Assembly (NCBI RefSeq): GCF_001465295.1
Contig: NZ_CP011034.1
Span: 2,010,001 to 2,042,000 of the forward strand
Direction: 5' to 3'
DNA length: 32,000 nucleotides
From: Pseudoalteromonas translucida KMM 520
Lineage (GTDB): Bacteria; Pseudomonadota; Gammaproteobacteria; Enterobacterales; Alteromonadaceae
Of this stretch, positions 27,929 through 32,000 are shown piece by piece. The translations under genes were made by a program, and so were the position numbers. The notes under the pieces were generated by a model. The model saw nothing but the letters and a program-made list of their open reading frames with translations, ran no database searches and was not told where the DNA came from. Position 1 is the stretch's first letter. Each line of letters starts with the position of its first letter.

Positions 27929-28649
27929 AAAATAGTGACTCAGTTAAGCGCCAAGGATTAGTTACAAATAACATATGTGCTTTATCCTCCCCGACTAAAC
28001 TACTCACAATGTGTTTTGCTTTACTCAGTATTGGCGGCCTGCGTTTTACCGAATGCGCATCAGAGGCAACATAACTAACTAAATTACCTTTAAGCATGTC
28101 ATTGCTAATTTGCTTTGCTTTATCCCCCCACCCCCCCTCAATACTTGAAGCGGTTAATTGAAACTCACAACCTAACTGCTTTAAATGTTCTATATAAAAA
28201 GGATTAGCCTGAATATCACGGTTACGTTCAGGGTGAGGTATGATCACTTTAATATTTTGTTTTGCTAACCAGCCAATAAACTTATCGTAGCCTGGTGGTA
28301 CGTGAGAATGTGGTAGCTCTAATAATAAGTAATTTGCTCCGGCTAAATTGCCAATGAAGGGCAATTTATTTGCCTTTACCAGTGCCATTAACTCTATATC
28401 AAGGCGTACTTCTGCCGCTACTGCTAGCTTTATAGTAATTCTCTCCTGTTTTGCATGCTCTTTTAAATCAGCTAAGTCTCTGCGAAGTTGTATAGCAGAG
28501 TTATCAAACCGCCCTATATGAATATGCGGAGTAATCACCATATGTGTTATTCCATCATTTTGCGCTAGCTTTAATAGTGCTAAAGATTCATTTAAATTTT
28601 TAGCGCCATCATCAATGCCGGGTAAAATATGCGAATGAATATCAATCAT
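27921..28649 (-). CDS. PHP-family (CpsB/CapC/YwqE-type) protein-tyrosine phosphatase
   Basis: MIDIHSHILPGIDDGA N-terminus, ITPHIH, IIPHPERN and SDAHS metal-ligand blocks, at about 242 aa. It lies 3 nt downstream of the tyrosine kinase gene. Confidence 0.85.
   Translation of the reverse strand: MIDIHSHILPGIDDGAKNLNESLALLKLAQNDGITHMVITPHIHIGRFDNSAIQLRRDLADLKEHAKQERITIKLAVAAEVRLDIELMALVKANKLPFIGNLAGANYLLLELPHSHVPPGYDKFIGWLAKQNIKVIIPHPERNRDIQANPFYIEHLKQLGCEFQLTASSIEGGWGDKAKQISNDMLKGNLVSYVASDAHSVKRRPPILSKAKHIVSSLVGEDKAHMLFVTNPWRLTESLFCD
28124..28137 (-). repeat. Homopolymeric tract G7-T-G6 on the coding strand (C6-A-C7 on the plus strand) inside the phosphatase gene
   Basis: Read directly from the sequence. 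It encodes GGWG using GGG GGG TGG GGG in an otherwise AT-rich gene. Confidence 0.9.
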
Positions 28650-28652
28650 AAT

Positions 28653-30893
28653 TTAGCCATTAGGTTGAGGTTTTTCTGACGGTTGTGAGTATTCATAATA
28701 ATCATAGTATCCGTAACTATGCTCATCTTTAGCTTTACTCATATCAACTTGATTAAGTATAACGCCTGCTACATGTGCTTTCACCTCAAACAAACGCTCT
28801 AGCCCAGCTTTAATTGGTTTTACTCTTGTTTCGTCAGCTCTCACTACATACACAACCGAATCAACACTTTGTGCAATTACTAGGGCATCACTAACAGCTT
28901 GTGTCGGGGGAGTATCAATAATAATATGATCGTACTTAGTTTTTAAAACCTTTAATAACTCATCAAACCGGGCACTAGATAGTAATTCCAATGGGTTTGA
29001 TGGTATTTGTCCGCTTGGCATTATAGCAACCCCGGAGCGCTCATCTAAATGAACGCACTCAGAAAACTGTTCTGTTCCAGTAATCAAATTACTTAAGCCT
29101 GGGTGAAATACTGGTATGTCAAACCGTTTTGCTAAGCTGGGTTTACGTAAATCAGCATCAATCAGTAAAACGCTCCCCATTTGCGCAAGCGATAAAGCTA
29201 AGTTAGCTGATGTGGTGGTTTTACCTTCACCAGGAACGCTTGATGTAACTGCTATTATTTGATGATTCCGGTCTAACTGAGTAAGTAATAAGCTTGTTCT
29301 AAATGTACGCACAGATTCTGCAAAGCGGCGGTATTTATCCTCTAAATAGGCGTATATCGGAAACGGATTCTTTCTCGATATTTTAACTTTGGGTAATAAA
29401 CCTAGCATGCGTTGTGCTAATTTACTCTCAACGTCATTTTTTGTTTTCACCGTATCGTTTAATGCATCAAATATAAAGCTCATCACCACTGCAAAAGCAA
29501 AGCTGGCTATAAATGTAATTATAACAATAAGCTTTTTATTAGGCTTACTTGGGTATTTTGGCGTATATGCTCTATCTGTAAAGCGAGCTGCTGCTGAGGT
29601 GAAATCGCTGGTAACTGCAGTTTCTTTAGAGCGAGATAAAAATGTATTAAATATATTCCGATTGGTTTCAACTTCACGTTTTAACTGATTATACTGCGTT
29701 TCTTTACGTGTAATATATTGGTAATCATCTCGGATTTTCTTCAAATCAACCTCTAATGTATTAACTGTTCGAGTTGTTCTGTTTAACTCTTTTTCGATAC
29801 CTGTAACTAGGCTTTTAATTTGCTTATTTAAATTAGCTTTAACTGTCGCAAGTTCAGCTTTAGCAGAAATCATTTTTGGGTGTTTATTTCCATATACTTC
29901 GCCCAAGTCACTTACTTTACGTTCAACCAATACTACCTCGCGCTTTACATCTTGGATTACTTTATGTGACGTTATTTCCGGCATGCTTTCTAAAAGCGCG
30001 ATGTTATTATTTCCATACTCCTTAATGACTCTATTAATGCTTTTTAAATTATTTTGCTCATTACGTGCATTAACTAATTGTTGAGAAATTTGCTCTAGCT
30101 CTTTAGTAACCAGTCCGGCTATACCTTCTATATCGACTAATTGCTGCGCCTCTCGATATGCTTGTAGGCGAACTTCAGATTCATCTAATTGAATCCGCAA
30201 TTGCGACAACCGTGTGTTTAACCAACTTGTTGCCTGTTGCGTGATCCCCATTTTGGCACGCATTTGGTTGTCGATATAAACTTCACCAACCGTATTTGCA
30301 ACCAAGGCTGCAAGTTTAGAGTCACTTGACTCAAAACTAACTCTAACTAATTGTGTTTTATGAATTGGGGTAACAATTAATGCTTTATTAAATATACTAA
30401 GCAAATCTTGCATTTGTTGCTCAACTTGATCTTCATACGAGAGCGTAGCAACTTCTTTTTTATTTAAAAAAGGCAGTAAGTCTTTAATTAATATATTTAG
30501 TTCTTTAAAAATTAATATATTTAGTTCATTAAAGATTGAAGGTTTAGGAGTAAAGTCTATATGTGACTGCAAATCTAACTTAGTAATAACTTCTCGTGCA
30601 ATACTGTCTGACTTTATTACTTCAAATTGAGTTAAATAATATTCTTTTTGATTTGAGTCTAAACCATATATTTCTTCAAAACTAACCGCTTTAGCCTGCT
30701 CTGCTTCAATTAATAAAGTTGCACTTGCTTTATATTTAGGCGTTAAAGTTAACGTAATCATTATAGCTAATAATGTAATGATTATCGCAAAACTCAAAAT
30801 TCGCCATTTTGCTTGCTTGATAACATTAAAGTGAATACCAAGATCAATAACATCATCATTATTATTATTAAATTTATCTGATTGTTTATTCAT
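28653..30893 (-). CDS. Wzc-type polysaccharide co-polymerase / BY tyrosine autokinase (PCP-2a)
   Basis: 746 aa. There is an N-terminal TM helix, a long coiled periplasmic domain and a second TM helix. These are followed by Walker A VTSSVPGEGKTTTSANLA, Walker A-prime LLIDADLRKP, Walker B IIIDTPP and a C-terminal Tyr cluster SYGYYDYYEYS. Confidence 0.9.
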   Translation of the reverse strand: MNKQSDKFNNNNDDVIDLGIHFNVIKQAKWRILSFAIIITLLAIMITLTLTPKYKASATLLIEAEQAKAVSFEEIYGLDSNQKEYYLTQFEVIKSDSIAREVITKLDLQSHIDFTPKPSIFNELNILIFKELNILIKDLLPFLNKKEVATLSYEDQVEQQMQDLLSIFNKALIVTPIHKTQLVRVSFESSDSKLAALVANTVGEVYIDNQMRAKMGITQQATSWLNTRLSQLRIQLDESEVRLQAYREAQQLVDIEGIAGLVTKELEQISQQLVNARNEQNNLKSINRVIKEYGNNNIALLESMPEITSHKVIQDVKREVVLVERKVSDLGEVYGNKHPKMISAKAELATVKANLNKQIKSLVTGIEKELNRTTRTVNTLEVDLKKIRDDYQYITRKETQYNQLKREVETNRNIFNTFLSRSKETAVTSDFTSAAARFTDRAYTPKYPSKPNKKLIVIITFIASFAFAVVMSFIFDALNDTVKTKNDVESKLAQRMLGLLPKVKISRKNPFPIYAYLEDKYRRFAESVRTFRTSLLLTQLDRNHQIIAVTSSVPGEGKTTTSANLALSLAQMGSVLLIDADLRKPSLAKRFDIPVFHPGLSNLITGTEQFSECVHLDERSGVAIMPSGQIPSNPLELLSSARFDELLKVLKTKYDHIIIDTPPTQAVSDALVIAQSVDSVVYVVRADETRVKPIKAGLERLFEVKAHVAGVILNQVDMSKAKDEHSYGYYDYYEYSQPSEKPQPNG
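30480..30527 (-). repeat. 24-bp in-frame tandem duplication (2 copies) within the Wzc periplasmic domain
   Basis: The 18-nt string AATTAATATATTTAGTTC occurs at 30486-30503 and again at 30510-30527, a period of 24. The protein reads NELNILIF-KELNILIK. Confidence 0.9.
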
Positions 30894-30913
30894 TTATCAC
30901 TGCCTTTAACGGC

Positions 30914-31435
30914 TTAAAACAAGCGCTGTTCTATTTTAATGGTGTCGCCCGCTGCAATTTGACTGTTTAAACTGCCTCTATGTTGCTGCTCTTTGGTTTG
31001 CTCTTTAAAAATATATATTTTATCTATTGATGCTCGCTCTGTTAATCCACCACCAAGTGCAATTGCTTGATTTACTGTCATTGCCGGCTGATAAGGGTAT
31101 GCTCCTGGGTTATTAACTTCGCCGTGAATATAAAAAGGCCGATATTGTGTAACCTGAGCATACACATTGGGGTTCACTAAATAATCAGGCTGTAAACCAC
31201 GGCTTATTATTTTCTCTACCTGTGATGTATTCAGGCCAGCGAGTTTAACTTTTCCCAAAAAAGGATAATTAACTATGCCACTGTTACCTAATAATGCTGT
31301 TACATCTAAATCAGGTTGGCCAAAAACTTTTATCTCTATTTTGTCACCTGGTCCTAAAGTATAGTTTTGTGCACTTTGGCCAAAACTATTAAAACTCAAT
31401 AAAAAAGCCAGGCAAACAATCATCCTAGATTTCAT
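30914..31435 (-). CDS. Short Wza-like outer-membrane polysaccharide export (OPX) protein lacking the C-terminal membrane-spanning region
   Basis: 173 aa with signal peptide MKSRMIVCLAFLLSFNSFGQ, Poly_export-like motif YTLGPGDKIEIKVFGQPDL and a single SLBB-like block IHGEVNNPGAYPY...MTVNQAIALGGGLTERA. It is much shorter than E. coli Wza (379 aa). Confidence 0.8.
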   Translation of the reverse strand: MKSRMIVCLAFLLSFNSFGQSAQNYTLGPGDKIEIKVFGQPDLDVTALLGNSGIVNYPFLGKVKLAGLNTSQVEKIISRGLQPDYLVNPNVYAQVTQYRPFYIHGEVNNPGAYPYQPAMTVNQAIALGGGLTERASIDKIYIFKEQTKEQQHRGSLNSQIAAGDTIKIEQRLF

Positions 31436-32000
31436 CGATTAACCTTCAAAGCAAAGGTAAAATTAATCCCGATAATGACACGATCAAATGTAATCGCATC
31501 TTGATTAGAGTTTTTATCTATAAAATCCACATAGCTAGATACCATCCCAAAGTTACTAACTAAATAATTTAAACCTAATCGGGCCGCTGTTGTTTTATCT
31601 TGTCTACCAATATCACCAGTGTATTGCTCGTCTGCATAATTTAAACTTGCCAACGAACTAAAGTAATTACTCCAATTATGATCCCAGGTAATGTTATAAA
31701 CACTCTCTTTAATATAATCACCTGCTACCAAGGGATCTTTAGCTGAGCGGCTAGTTAAAACTTGTACCGATGAATAAGTAAGTGGCTGCCAAAGCACAGC
31801 GGCTTCCCAACTTAAACCGGTAAAATCTTCACGTAAGTCTGAAATAAAATCTTTGTCTTGATAACCAACTTTGAAGGTCCCTGATGTTACCGCCGTTGCC
31901 TCCCACTCTATTCCTAGTAATATTTTTCTGTCATCTGAATCTCGTGAAATACCATTAGCTTGCAAAATATCGTAGCGGTAATTTTCTTTTTTTAACTCCA
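31432..32000 (-). CDS. Putative outer-membrane beta-barrel protein of the polysaccharide export locus (N-terminus beyond the window)
   Basis: The frame stays open upstream of the track start (a TTG at 31965) to the window edge. Alternating-hydrophobic strand patterns are present (FKVGYQDKDF, YNITWDHNW, LGLNYLVSNFGMVSSYVDF, IIGINFTFALKV). The stop overlaps the OPX gene start (ATGA). Confidence 0.55.
   Translation of the reverse strand, partial: ELKKENYRYDILQANGISRDSDDRKILLGIEWEATAVTSGTFKVGYQDKDFISDLREDFTGLSWEAAVLWQPLTYSSVQVLTSRSAKDPLVAGDYIKESVYNITWDHNWSNYFSSLASLNYADEQYTGDIGRQDKTTAARLGLNYLVSNFGMVSSYVDFIDKNSNQDAITFDRVIIGINFTFALKVNR

Noticed and set aside
1-32000. Search for CRISPR arrays, tRNA/rRNA genes, IS elements, integrases, phage or defence-system genes
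   Set aside because: No regularly spaced direct repeats, no tRNA-like GC-rich cloverleaf segments, and no transposase, integrase or nuclease-like ORFs were found. All large ORFs are accounted for by metabolic, regulatory or polysaccharide-export functions.

Overview
The window looks like an ordinary chromosomal segment of an AT-rich marine gammaproteobacterium. Gene content and order resemble Alteromonadales such as Pseudoalteromonas, but this is inference only and no search was possible.

Gene order, left to right:
- A LysR-family regulator (runs off the left edge) and a pirin gene, both on the minus strand.
- About 1 kb with no credible ORF.
- A complete urease cluster, ureD-ureABC-ureEFG, plus a HupE/UreJ nickel permease, on the plus strand.
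- An unusual single ORF made of three tandem RidA/YjgF domains, followed by a terminator.
- A stand-alone prpD.
- A small orphan ORF.
- A galactose cluster, galT-galK-Na+/sugar symporter-galM, on the minus strand, with a divergent LacI/GalR-type regulator and two gal-operator-like palindromes.
- A methylcitrate operon, GntR regulator-prpB-prpC-acnD-prpF, on the minus strand, with three TGTCGACA palindromes in its control region.
- rsmF.
- The distal end of a polysaccharide export locus on the minus strand: outer-membrane barrel (runs off the right edge), short Wza-like OPX protein, Wzc-type tyrosine autokinase, PHP-type tyrosine phosphatase and a membrane-anchored TPR-like protein.

I saw no rRNA, tRNA, CRISPR array, transposase, integrase or phage gene. 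I cannot point to a convincing new multi-gene system.

The observations most worth follow-up are:
- the fused triple-RidA protein;
- the short-OPX plus separate beta-barrel export arrangement;
- a G7-T-G6 tract inside the phosphatase gene;
- a 24-bp in-frame tandem duplication in wzc;
- the long palindrome-bearing non-coding region upstream of ureD;
- the prp pathway being split by the gal cluster, with both PrpD and AcnD/PrpF encoded.
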